This document shows, one piece after another, positions 1 through 9,191 of a stretch of 32,000 bases of DNA. Made by a program: the position numbers and the translations under genes. Below the pieces are notes generated by a model that saw only the letters and a list, made by a program, of their open reading frames with translations, made no database searches and was not told the origin of the DNA. Source of the DNA: Paramicrosporidium saccamoebae KSL3 (Eukaryota; Fungi; Cryptomycota); assembly GCA_002794465.1 (NCBI GenBank), contig MTSL01000200.1, forward strand, positions 11,063-43,062, read 5' to 3'. Position 1 is the first letter of the stretch; each line of letters starts with the position of its first letter.

Positions 1-2142
1 GAATACGGGTGGCGTACTTGGCCTGCTGCCGAGTGCCAGTGTTAACGAGCGTGATGATAAATTCGAAAAAGTCGTCTCTCGGGGTAATCTTATCCAGGCA
101 GGCCGACGCAAATCTTGCATAGGAAGACAGAGTATCAATGGAGGATCCCGATTCACTAACAATAGCGTCCTGAAGGACACTGGCGTGACTAACACCGAGT
201 GCGGGAAACTCTGAAATAATGTCGGCAATCAGTTTTCTAGCACTGGAATAGAGTTCCTTGTCACTCAACTTTAGTACTGCAGTTAGAATCTCGTTGTTGA
301 TGGACAGCATACAAGCACGCCTAACAGTAAATGTGATCAGATATTCCTTCAGGCGAGCATCAGTCTTTTCCCAGTTTCGACTGGACAGAGTTTCCACCAA
401 GTCCTTTTGAGATTTAATAGACTTGTTCGGCTGAACCAGATGGCGAAATTGCTCCAAGAATAAAGTCTCCTTGGTCAAGGTTATAGGAAGGGCTTTAAGC
501 ATGCTTTGGGCGGGCAGAGGGAGACGATATTGATTCGAAAGATGCTGATTCAGAGCCTCAAGCCTCTGGTCCTCGGGATTGATTTCAACTAATTTCAGGT
601 ATGCGTCGAAATACTTGACAAAGATGGCCTTGTCATTTAGCCATCTCTTGAAAGCTTTGTGTGCTTCGTCACCCAGGACGCGATACATGCAAACCAGATA
701 TCGCGCATGCTCGGCCACATCGAGCTTGGGGAACATGGCGCCGTGCTCGATAAAGTATTCATAGAACAAACGGAGGTCTCTGTCATTGGTATAGATAAGC
801 TTAAATAGGGCATTAACGGCCACAGAAAAGCATTGATGATTAGGGTCCACTTTGAATTGGCGGTGAATAATTTCGCAAAGCAGATCAACAGCCACAAACT
901 GGACATCGGCGACCTTGTCGCGACATCGACCGCCCACCTCCTCGACAATATCCACTCCAAAAAGCGCAGGAGTACTGGTGTCTTCGAGACTCTTTTTGAG
1001 GAGCACTATGGATTTTTCTCTCACTTTGGCGTCAATGTCCAGCAATTTTTCCGCTAGGGCTTTCTGGAGTTGAATTTTGTATTGCAATCCTACTCCATGG
1101 AGCATGCTAACAGCCAACTTGAACCATTGAAGACGGACAGCAGCCACTTTGTCATTCATCTTGTTCAGCCACGACTGCCATAAATGGGGGTAAAGCTTGG
1201 GTACATCTTGATCGGGACAAGTAAGAAACGATGACAATGAGTTCATCGCCAGCAATCGCAGCTCTGCATCTGCTGTCTGTAGTTCTTCCTCCAGCTGCGC
1301 AACAACACTGGCAACCGCAGCAGGCGACACTCTTCCGACCTGAATAATCTGTAAATGAACCTGCCTCAGAGGCTCGATGCGTTTCTGCTGGTCGTTAGAA
1401 TCTCCCGTATATGCCAGTACGGCCTCGTTGAATAAAAGCCCCAGGGAGGGCTGTAACTTGTCAGAGCAAAGACGCACCAGGTCGGCCGCAAATATCCGAG
1501 TCTCTTCTCGAATATCGCCACACTTTTGCATGACACATCTGACGATATCGGAAGAGATTGTATCAGACTCGTCGATCAAGGTTTGAGCTATTTCCAAAAG
1601 ATACAATTTTGCCGTCCGTGTGACATTTGGAAGGGGCGCAAGATCAAAGATGAGGCCAAATAGTTGCTGCAAGAGCCGCTCCCTCGCCCCCATAGAGTCG
1701 TCGACATCGAGTAAAAGAACAATAGACTTGACTGTTGCCAAGCTCTCCACTAAATAAAATACATAGTTTTGATATGCATTCTTCTCGTCCGCCAGCAGTT
1801 TTAGCTGTTGTACAATCAAGGTGAAAACTTGCTATAATACAATCAAAACTAACTTTAGGCCGATACCGTCAGTTTGTCGGCGGGATATGGAGCATCTGGT
1901 GCAAAGACTCGGAGAATGTTGGCTATACAGCAGGATACTAGCAGCTTGATAGTCTTGTCGGCGCTATTAAGCAGCTCCGAATGCACCAGCCTCTCTGCTA
2001 CCGGCACCAGCTCATCTTGCAGCATTTCAAATTGGCTCTGGTCCACCTTGCAGAGGGAATCATGTAGTGTCTTGAGTTCTTCAACGACCTGGCTGATATT
2101 GCTACTGCGAACCCGTGTTGGTACAGTGAATCTGGCCGTCAT
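1..2142 (-). CDS. PDS5: Cohesin-associated HEAT-repeat protein Pds5, 5' part; runs off the window at position 1. Exons 2142-1867 and 1831-<1; intron 1866-1832 (35 nt)
   Basis: Manual translation gives LVSCCIANILRVFAPDAPY, then after the GT-AG intron FYLVESLATVKSIVLL, KMNDKVAAVRL, LLDIDAKVR, RCRDKVADV and GTRQQAKYA, all recognisable Pds5 blocks. The frame is open from 1831 to 1 with no stop, so it is absent from the ORF track. Confidence 0.93.
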
Positions 2143-2187
2143 TCTGTTAATCGCCCGCGTGAAATATTGAATTATTATTTAGTTTAT

Positions 2188-3423
2188 TTACGGAGCCTCT
2201 TGTGATGCGAGACGACGAAGACGGGCACTAGTTTCTTGCAGAGCCAAAAGACGATTTCTCAACTCTTCGGGAACGCCTTTGTCAATATCTGTCGTGAGTG
2301 GGGCGCTGAAGCTGGGAGCTGATGAATCCAGCTTTGGAGAATTGTCCATCAGCGAATCTACCCTAGATGGGTCTGCTCTCAGCAAATCGCTTCTTGGTGA
2401 ATAAGACTCGTCACTGGACAAGGTAAGAGGACTGACTATAATGTTGGAATCTGGAATCTGCTGCGCCTTGTTCAGCTTCAAGGCATCAAGAGAAGGAAGA
2501 GCTGTGGTTTGGCTTTTTAACTTTTGCTTTAACAGTTGAATCTTTTCATCTTTTCGTTGCAATTCGGCTCGGAATGACTCTTCTTGATCAATGATTGCCA
2601 TGGCCTTTTTGAGGGCCGTCTTGGCATTGCTGCGCTCCGTTTCAAGGGAGGCCAGCCTCAACTGCAATTCTTCGTCCATGGTAAGTTCGTTTTTCTTTGA
2701 CGCGCGACTTTTCACTTCTTCCTTAAGCCGGTAAACATCCTGCACCAAACAAGCCCGGTCGGTGGACATTTTCCGCATCTCAGTGCGAGATTCTTCCAGC
2801 CGGCGAGCCAGATCGTTGTTTAACGTCTGCTGTCTAGAGCGTTCCTCCAGAAGTTGCTGGATTTGGTGATCCTGCACGGGTGATGCAGTCTTTCCGGCCT
2901 TGTCAATCGTCTCTTTGGCAGAGTCCAATTCGGTCTTGAGTGATTTTACCTGTGCTTCTAAGCCTTTTATACGAACCTGGTGCTTGTTTGCTTCTTCGGC
3001 AATTAATCCGCGAAGTCTTTTACACTCATCCTCCAACTCGACTCGCTTTGCAGACAACTCTCCATATTCTTGCGTCTTTTTGGCGAGTTGGCCCTCAAAG
3101 GTCTGACATTTGGATCGTAACAGACTCATCTGACTGTAAATTTTTCCGTGCTCTCCCTCATATTTTTCCTTCTCATTCCTCAGCGCACGACACTCTTCCT
3201 CACGTGCTGCGAGTTGTTCCCGGATGTTCCGCAAGTCCGTCTTGGCCAGCGACAATCTGCCGAGCATGTCAGTGGGACTATCAGGTTGACGGGCGACAGG
3301 CTCAGCAACGAGGGGAGAAAGATTCCAACGGACCGATTTGGCGGGCGGCTTACGACGAGAACTTGCAATGGGGGTAGAACCATCGGTGGATTTGGCGCGC
3401 GCCGTTCCTTCAATGTACATCAA
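2188..3423 (-). CDS. Uncharacterised 411-aa coiled-coil protein with an N-terminal KSVRW (RVxF-type) motif
   Basis: Single-exon ORF with a long heptad-rich E/K/L/Q/R region and an S/P-rich linker; no family recognised. Confidence 0.8.
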   Translation of the reverse strand: MMYIEGTARAKSTDGSTPIASSRRKPPAKSVRWNLSPLVAEPVARQPDSPTDMLGRLSLAKTDLRNIREQLAAREEECRALRNEKEKYEGEHGKIYSQMSLLRSKCQTFEGQLAKKTQEYGELSAKRVELEDECKRLRGLIAEEANKHQVRIKGLEAQVKSLKTELDSAKETIDKAGKTASPVQDHQIQQLLEERSRQQTLNNDLARRLEESRTEMRKMSTDRACLVQDVYRLKEEVKSRASKKNELTMDEELQLRLASLETERSNAKTALKKAMAIIDQEESFRAELQRKDEKIQLLKQKLKSQTTALPSLDALKLNKAQQIPDSNIIVSPLTLSSDESYSPRSDLLRADPSRVDSLMDNSPKLDSSAPSFSAPLTTDIDKGVPEELRNRLLALQETSARLRRLASQEAP

Positions 3424-3462
3424 TCAAAAATAATTCATTTTCGTAAGATTTAGTTTCAATCT

Positions 3463-3513
3463 ATGGGTTGTGTAAATCATGTGTAGATGGGATGGGTTAT
3501 GTAGATTGTGTAG
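3463..3513. repeat. Degenerate direct duplication atgggttgtgtaaatcatgtgtag / atgggttatgtagattgtgtag
   Basis: Copies start at 3463 and 3492. Confidence 0.55.
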
Positions 3514-3593
3514 GGAGAGAGAGTGTGTTGGGGTTGATGAGCAAATTATTTCGTTGTGGCATGTAAATTACCACCCTCAACACACCGGCTTGG

Positions 3594-3646
3594 GGGATCG
3601 CTATCTGGATCAGACTCACTGTTAACAAATGGATACTGTTTAGCAG
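3594..3646 (+). repeat. Dispersed intergenic element, copy A (53 nt)
   Basis: 43/53 ungapped identity to the reverse complement of 20546-20598. Confidence 0.85.
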
Positions 3647-3647
3647 C

Positions 3648-3709
3648 GTGGATGTGATCTCACTAAAAATAGCATTGAATGCTGTGTGGATGTGATTCCG
3701 CTAAAAATA
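3648..3709. repeat. Direct repeat gtggatgtgat(ctca/tccg)ctaaaaata x2, period 38
   Basis: Copies at 3648-3671 and 3686-3709, separated by the palindrome agcatt-g-aatgct. Confidence 0.75.
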
Positions 3710-3763
3710 TCTTTTTAATGGTTACATTTAAGGATACCTTGCCGGGGAAGGACGCTTGGGCAC

Positions 3764-4965
3764 ATGGCTGAAGCTAACCGCGACGAGGCAGCCAGGTGCG
3801 AAGAACTTTCGCGTCGGTTCTTTGACCAGAAAGAATACACACTTGCTGCAAAGTATGCAGAAAAGTCGGTGCGACTTTACGAAACGGCACAATCGCTGGC
3901 TTGGCTATCTACAGTGAGGCAGACGTTGTCTGAACCAGCCCCACCTCGGCCGGCAGAGTCAAAGAGTCCTCAAGATTCCAAAAGTGCCTCACATGCACAG
4001 ACTCCTCAAAAGACCAAGCCACTCGATTCCAACACTTACACAAAGGAGCAGGCTGAGGGGGTAAAACGCTTTTTGCGAATCAATAAGGATGATTTTTATT
4101 CCGTCCTTGGCATTCCTCGAACTGCTGACGAGAACGAAATCAAGAAAGCTTATCGAAAGGTACAGCATTATTCTCCATATTCTCACAACCGTAGATGGCC
4201 TTGCAGTTTCATCCCGACAAGAACCATGCTCCCGGTGCGGATGAGGCGTTCAAGGTGGTCAGTCGTGCATTCTCATGTCTCAGTGACACGAGCAAAAAGA
4301 CCCAGTATGACCAATTTGGCTCTGAAGAACCTGCGGGCTTTAGTGGAGTCCGTTTCCGGAGGACTGCTCGCCCCATGAACTTTGAGGGCGAAATTTCCCC
4401 TGAAGAGCTCTTTAACATGTTTTTTAATGGTGGCTTTGAGGGAGCGCACTTTCAGTCTAGTGGATTTCCACCCATGTTTGTACACCATTTCCACTCTGGT
4501 GGTCAACGAGCGAGGAGGAGACAGAAACATCAGGAGCAACCCCTTTCGTGGATCGCCATTGCCCTGCAGATAATACCCGTGGCAATTGTTGGACTTTTTC
4601 TATTTTTGGGCAGCTTTCTGGGCACGTCGAATGCATCCACAGACACCTGGGATGCCTACTCTCGATACATTTCACTGAGTAGAACATCAAGTCACACCCA
4701 CCAGATGGCCACTGAAAAGAATGCCGTCCCATACTGGGCCACGACCGATTACCAGAAATATTTTTCGCGTGGAAATCAAAGGGAGCTGCGTGTGTATGAA
4801 GAGGCTGTTGAGCGCCAGTATCTGGTAGAAATACAGAAAAAGTGCCAAGAAGAAGAGCTGGATTTGCAAAAGAGAAAGGTAAATGCCAAAACCCGCGAAG
4901 AGCTGGAACGATTGCAAATGGAAAAATGTCCTTCCTGTGACAAGCTTCATTCATATTCTGTATAA
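3764..4965 (+). CDS. DNAJB12: ER-membrane J-domain protein of the DNAJB12/DNAJB14 (Hlj1-like) family, 388 aa. Exons 3764-4159 and 4195-4965; intron 4160-4194 (35 nt)
   Basis: N-terminus EANRDEAARC...AEKSVRLY; splicing restores the J-domain KKAYRK|MALQFHPDKN; G/F-rich region, one TM helix and a DUF1977-like luminal C-terminus follow. Confidence 0.92.
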
Positions 4966-5061
4966 ACGTTCATTGAGAACCCATTCTAGGTGTGGTTCAA
5001 GTGCAAATGCTAATGGTATTGTAAGCGCGAGTAGACTTGTTATTTGTGTTGAAAGTGCAAG

Positions 5062-5145
5062 AGTCATGGCTCAACCACAAAAGTCATGGCTCAACCACAA
5101 GTCATGGCCCGACCACCAAAGTCATTGCCCAGCCGCAAGATTCAT
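5062..5145. repeat. Degenerate 18-20-nt tandem repeat (gtcatggctcaaccacaa-like), about 4 copies
   Basis: Units read directly at 5063, 5083, 5101 and 5121. Confidence 0.8.
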
Positions 5146-5410
5146 GACCTGGTCATACGAGTCAACACACTTCTGATTCCAATAACAACCAATCTATCAA
5201 CAACACAGCCACGACTGGTGCCAAACTGAATTAAAGTGTTTGATCAAATGTCATATGAGATGGACTGACCAATAGAATCCGAGTATATAATTCCGGGGTT
5301 GGAGGGAATAAAAGTAGCAGTCTGACCCCCTGACTTGTCCGCCGCATCCGTCGTCGTTGTCCCGTTGAGCGCCCTTCTCTCCCGTTTAGAGTACGCCCAC
5401 CGGCCACCAC

Positions 5411-5454
5411 CTCAAAAAATTGAAAAAACACTAGAAAAAAGCGAAAACTTACAA
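5411..5454 (+). promoter_or_regulatory. A-rich 5' leader of PAB1, candidate autoregulatory PABP-binding tract
   Basis: ctcaaaaaattgaaaaaacactagaaaaaagcgaaaacttacaa lies directly before the ATG; oligo-A 5' UTR autoregulation is known for PABP genes. Confidence 0.55.
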
Positions 5455-7356
5455 ATGTCGACTTCTACTTCTACTGCCGCTGCTCCGGCGCCCGCCGCTG
5501 CAACTGCCCCTGTTGCAAATGGTCCCGTTGCGAATGGAGCTGCAGCACCGGTTAACCCAGCAGGAAATGCTGGATTTTATGCACAGGCAGCACCGAGTGC
5601 GTCGCTCTATGTGGGTGAGCTGCACCCTGACGTGACGGAGGCGATGCTCTACGAGCTGTTCTCGCAGGTGGGACCGGTTTCTTCCATCCGGGTGTGTCGT
5701 GACGCCATTACCCGTCGTTCTCTTGGCTATGCGTATGTGAACTTTCACAATGTTGCTGACTGCGAACGCGCCTTGGACTCGCTGAACTATGCGCCCATTA
5801 AGGGACAGCCATGCCGTGTCATGTGGAGCCAGCGCGACCCCGCCCTGCGTCGTTCAGGTGTCGGCAACATTTTCATCAAGAACCTTGACAAGACAATTGA
5901 CAACAAGGCGCTCCATGACACCTTTTCTGCGTTTGGACATATTCTGTCCTGCAAGGTGGTCACTGATCTGGAAGGCAATTCCCGTGGATATGGCTACGTC
6001 CATTTTGAGACCAACGAGGCTGCCGAACAGGCCATTGCCAAGATCAACGGAATGTTGTTGAACGGTGTCAAAGTGTTTGTGGGTCACCATGTTTCCCGCA
6101 AGGAACGTCGTTCTCGTCTTGATGAGCTGAAGGCGCAATTCACCAATGTGTTCGTCAAGAACTTGGAGGAGAGCTGCACTGATGACGACCTGAAGGAGCT
6201 CTTCAAGACTTATGGAGAGATCCAAAGCGCCGTTGTCCAACGCGACGAGGGGGAAAAGACTAAGGGCTTTGGCTTTGTCAACTTTACCACCCACGAGGAG
6301 GCGCAAAAGGCTGTTGATGGACTGAATGAGACTGAATTCCAGGGACGTCGTATCTTTGTAGGACGCGCCCAGAAGAGATCTGAACGCTCTGAGGAGCTCC
6401 GTCTGCAGTTTGAAGCAATGAAGCTGGAGCGTATGAGCAAGTTCCACGGAGTCAACTTGTACGTCAAGAACTTGGACGAGCAAGTGACTGAGGAGCAACT
6501 TCGCATGGAGTTTACTCCCTTTGGACAGATCACCAGTCTCAAGGTAATGTCGGACGAGAAGGGACTATCGCGTGGCTTTGGATTTGTCTGCTACTCTGCC
6601 CCTGAAGAGGCTGCCCGTGCCATCAGCGAAATGAACGGCCGTATGATTAACGGAAAGCCGCTCTATGTCGCTCTTGCTCAGCGTCGTGACGAACGACGGG
6701 CGCAATTGGAGAATCAGTTTGCTCAGCGTGCCCAGCAGATGCGCATGCAAGCAATGGCTGCTCAGACCGGAATGGGAATCTACCAGCAAGGACCGCTGTT
6801 CTATCCCCCTGGTCCTGGTGCTCCTCCCCGTTTCTTTGGTGTGAATCGCGGTGGTGCTCCCGGCGGTGCCTATCCTCCGGCGCCGCAGATGATGCAACCC
6901 GGTCAGATGATGCCGCCTCAGGGCTATCCTCCCCACGGAATGATGCGTCCCAACCGTCCCATGCGCGGCGGATATCGTGGTGGTGCTCCCATGAACAATG
7001 GTTTCCACGGCCCTCAACAGGGTGGATTCCGTCGTCCTTACGGTGGTCCCTCTCAGCCTCGTTATGCCAACCGTGCTCCCCGCACTGACTATGGCGCCTT
7101 TGGTCCCGGTGCTCCCCTCACTGCTGCCTCTCTGGCCGCAGCGCCCCCTGAGCAGCAGAAGCGCATCCTTGGAGAGCGCCTCTATCCCTTAGTGCATCTC
7201 CGCGACGGAGAACACGCCAGCAAGATTACCGGAATGTTGTTGGAGATGGATAATGGTGAATTGTTGCATCTGTTGGAGTCTCCCGATGCGTTGGCTGCCA
7301 AAATTTCGGAGGCGCAGGATGTACTCCGTCAGCACCAAGTTGCGTCGCAGCACTAA
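5455..7356 (+). CDS. PAB1: Cytoplasmic poly(A)-binding protein, 633 aa, intronless
   Basis: Four RRMs (SLYVGEL...RRSLGYAYVNF; GNIFIKNLD; TNVFVKNL; NLYVKNLD), a P/G/M-rich linker and a PABC domain (QKRILGERLYPLV...KITGMLLEMDN). ATG 5455 is preferred over the upstream TTG start in the ORF track. Confidence 0.98.
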   Translation: MSTSTSTAAAPAPAAATAPVANGPVANGAAAPVNPAGNAGFYAQAAPSASLYVGELHPDVTEAMLYELFSQVGPVSSIRVCRDAITRRSLGYAYVNFHNVADCERALDSLNYAPIKGQPCRVMWSQRDPALRRSGVGNIFIKNLDKTIDNKALHDTFSAFGHILSCKVVTDLEGNSRGYGYVHFETNEAAEQAIAKINGMLLNGVKVFVGHHVSRKERRSRLDELKAQFTNVFVKNLEESCTDDDLKELFKTYGEIQSAVVQRDEGEKTKGFGFVNFTTHEEAQKAVDGLNETEFQGRRIFVGRAQKRSERSEELRLQFEAMKLERMSKFHGVNLYVKNLDEQVTEEQLRMEFTPFGQITSLKVMSDEKGLSRGFGFVCYSAPEEAARAISEMNGRMINGKPLYVALAQRRDERRAQLENQFAQRAQQMRMQAMAAQTGMGIYQQGPLFYPPGPGAPPRFFGVNRGGAPGGAYPPAPQMMQPGQMMPPQGYPPHGMMRPNRPMRGGYRGGAPMNNGFHGPQQGGFRRPYGGPSQPRYANRAPRTDYGAFGPGAPLTAASLAAAPPEQQKRILGERLYPLVHLRDGEHASKITGMLLEMDNGELLHLLESPDALAAKISEAQDVLRQHQVASQH

Positions 7357-7423
7357 GCAAAGAGGAAGAGGACAAGGAGAAGAAGAAGGAGAAGAAGAAG
7401 AAGACGATGATAAAGATACAAGG
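7357..7423 (+). repeat. Purine-rich (GAA/GGA)n tract immediately after the PAB1 stop
   Basis: gcaaagaggaagaggacaaggagaagaagaaggagaagaagaagaagacgatg. Confidence 0.8.
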
Positions 7424-7662
7424 TGGTAAAATCAAATAATAAACGGCTGGACATTAATAGCGGGGACTTGGTAAAGAAGACTGGTAATCTGTAGTAGTAA
7501 AAGTCTCGCTGGGATTTTGATATGAGATTGGGGATGTGCTATACAATTTAATGCACGGTAGGTCATTTATTGAGATTTGCTCCACAATCCTCTCACAGTC
7601 GGTCATACATTTATAATATGCACAATTTTGTTAAGCGGAAACGAACAATTTGAATTTACAAG

Positions 7663-8586
7663 ATGCTTTCAGTGTTTCGTACTCCATTGTCAGTTAGGAT
7701 AGGTGGGAGGGGACTTTGCTTTCCTCGACTGTATCAATGCAATCGAGAGTATAGTACGGGGTATGGTGGCAAGAAGCCAATTTCCTTGTCAAATCTCCGT
7801 TCTTTGCCGGGTTCCACCCGCAAGGTGTCTTTTTCCGACTGTCCTCATATGATAGAAAAAACGGTGTCGTGGATTGGCATCGGGTGGCCGTACTAACGGA
7901 CGCGGAAACAATGGACAGAATGCACGTTCGGGCGGGCATTTGCCCCACGGCTTTGAGGGTGGTCAGACCCCCTTTCATCTGACTGTACCAAAGCGTGGCC
8001 ATCACAACCCGTATCAGCAACACCCCACCTTGGTCAATCTGGAGAGGGTGCAGCATCTAATTGACACTGGTCGCCTGGATGCAGAGAAGCCAATTACAAT
8101 GTTCCACCTGCGCAAGGCCGGAATCGATATCAAGGACGGTGTCAAAATCCTTGGCAGGGTATTACAAACCGATTACATTGATTGTAGGGAGCAACGTATT
8201 TTCAGAGTAAAGTGACTCTTCAGGCAACAATGTTCAGTCAATGTGCCATTGAACGGATCGAAGCATTGGGCGGCGTTGCGGCCAGTGTCTTTCATGATCG
8301 AAAAGGCCTACTGCAACTTCTCCGTCCCTCCACCTCCCGGGTGCATCCCTCGCTTCCACAGCCTCTCATTATGCCTCCCATGAATTACAAACAGCGACTC
8401 GAGTTTTCCGGCTGGGAACGACGTGGCTATCTCCATCCCACGGTGAGAGCGCGATTAGGCCTAGTGGACCCAACCTTTGAGGAGCGCTACTTGATGGTGG
8501 AGCCGGTGCAGCCACTAAATAAGCCAGACATTCAGCTCAGGAGGATTCCGACCGAACTTCGCGAGGAAGGAGTATTGCCGGCATAA
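7663..8586 (+). CDS. MRPL15: Mitochondrial ribosomal protein uL15m, 287 aa. Exons 7663-7824, 7856-8158, 8188-8586; introns of 31 and 29 nt
   Basis: Spliced product contains LSNLRSLPGSTRK|KKRCRGLASGGRTNGRGNNGQNARSG, GFEGGQTPF..VPKRG, VNLERVQHLIDTGRLD, GVKILGR|GA and AIERIEALGG, preceded by an R/S-rich presequence. The yeast orthologue is named MRPL10. Confidence 0.92.
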
Positions 8587-8665
8587 TAAAATTGCGAGTG
8601 ATCTTATTGGTGCAACCTGAATAACCAATTATTTAGACGCAGGACCCCGTGGTCATGATGTGAAA

Positions 8666-9117
8666 ATGTCCCATGTGCCGTTAGCCTCAAAGGTGGTTGT
8701 ATACTTGTGTGGCTTTGTATTTGCTGCCGGCTGGTGGACAGTTATTGCCGGCTATTATGGTTCCAGTGTTTCCTTTCTGGGTGCGCTCTGTCCATTACTG
8801 ACCTCGGTGGCATTGCTCGCCCTGACGCGTCTGCCCAGCAAAGCCATTGTGCCCTCTGACAATGAATGGGGTGAGGATAGTAGCTCCCAGCGAATTGCGA
8901 TATTGGTACTGATTGCGACTTTGCTGGGGGGAGTGGGATGCAGTTGGGGTCTGTGGGGACTGTATCACCGGGAGGAAGCAGAGACGGTGGCGGTGCTACT
9001 GCCGCCGATTGGGACAACAATGCTGGCCATTAGGTAAGCCATGGTTGAATGTCCATACTCATGTGTAGTGCATTGGTGGTAAAGTTTTGTCGAGTGGCTG
9101 ACGAAGATTCATTCTAA
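8666..9117 (+). CDS. VPS68: Vps68/TMEM50 (UPF0220) family small membrane protein, 138 aa. Exons 8666-9033 and 9069-9117; intron 35 nt
   Basis: CGFVFAAGWW motif and four hydrophobic segments; a GTAAGC...TAG intron gives the C-terminus SALVVKFCRVADEDSF. Confidence 0.7.
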
Positions 9118-9156
9118 CTAGACAGGTCCAAGTTGTGGGACTATTAGCAATCTGTT

Positions 9157-9191
9157 GGGATAGATGGGATAGATGGCATAGATGAATAGAT
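9157..9191. repeat. 9-nt tandem repeat (gggatagat)x2, ggcatagat, gaatagat
   Basis: Read directly from the sequence. Confidence 0.75.

Noticed and set aside
1064-1093. In-frame 30-nt GT...AG stretch in PDS5 (VGLQYKIQLQ) that looks like a stopless 3n micro-intron
   Set aside because: Keeping it gives ND-to-D spacing (37 aa) close to that recalled for human PDS5A (36 aa); removing it would delete part of a helix. RNA-seq would settle it.
5335-5454. N-terminal extensions of PAB1, TFC4 (14193) and LIN1 (25759) in the ORF track
   Set aside because: They start at TTG/GTG codons; the first ATG gives a normal protein, and the extensions overlap leader or promoter sequence.
5449-7017. Long antisense and alternate-frame ORFs over PAB1 (e.g. 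5854-6498), and similar ones over DnaJ, HIR1, DES1 and LeuRS
   Set aside because: Shadow ORFs of biased coding sequence with no recognisable motifs.
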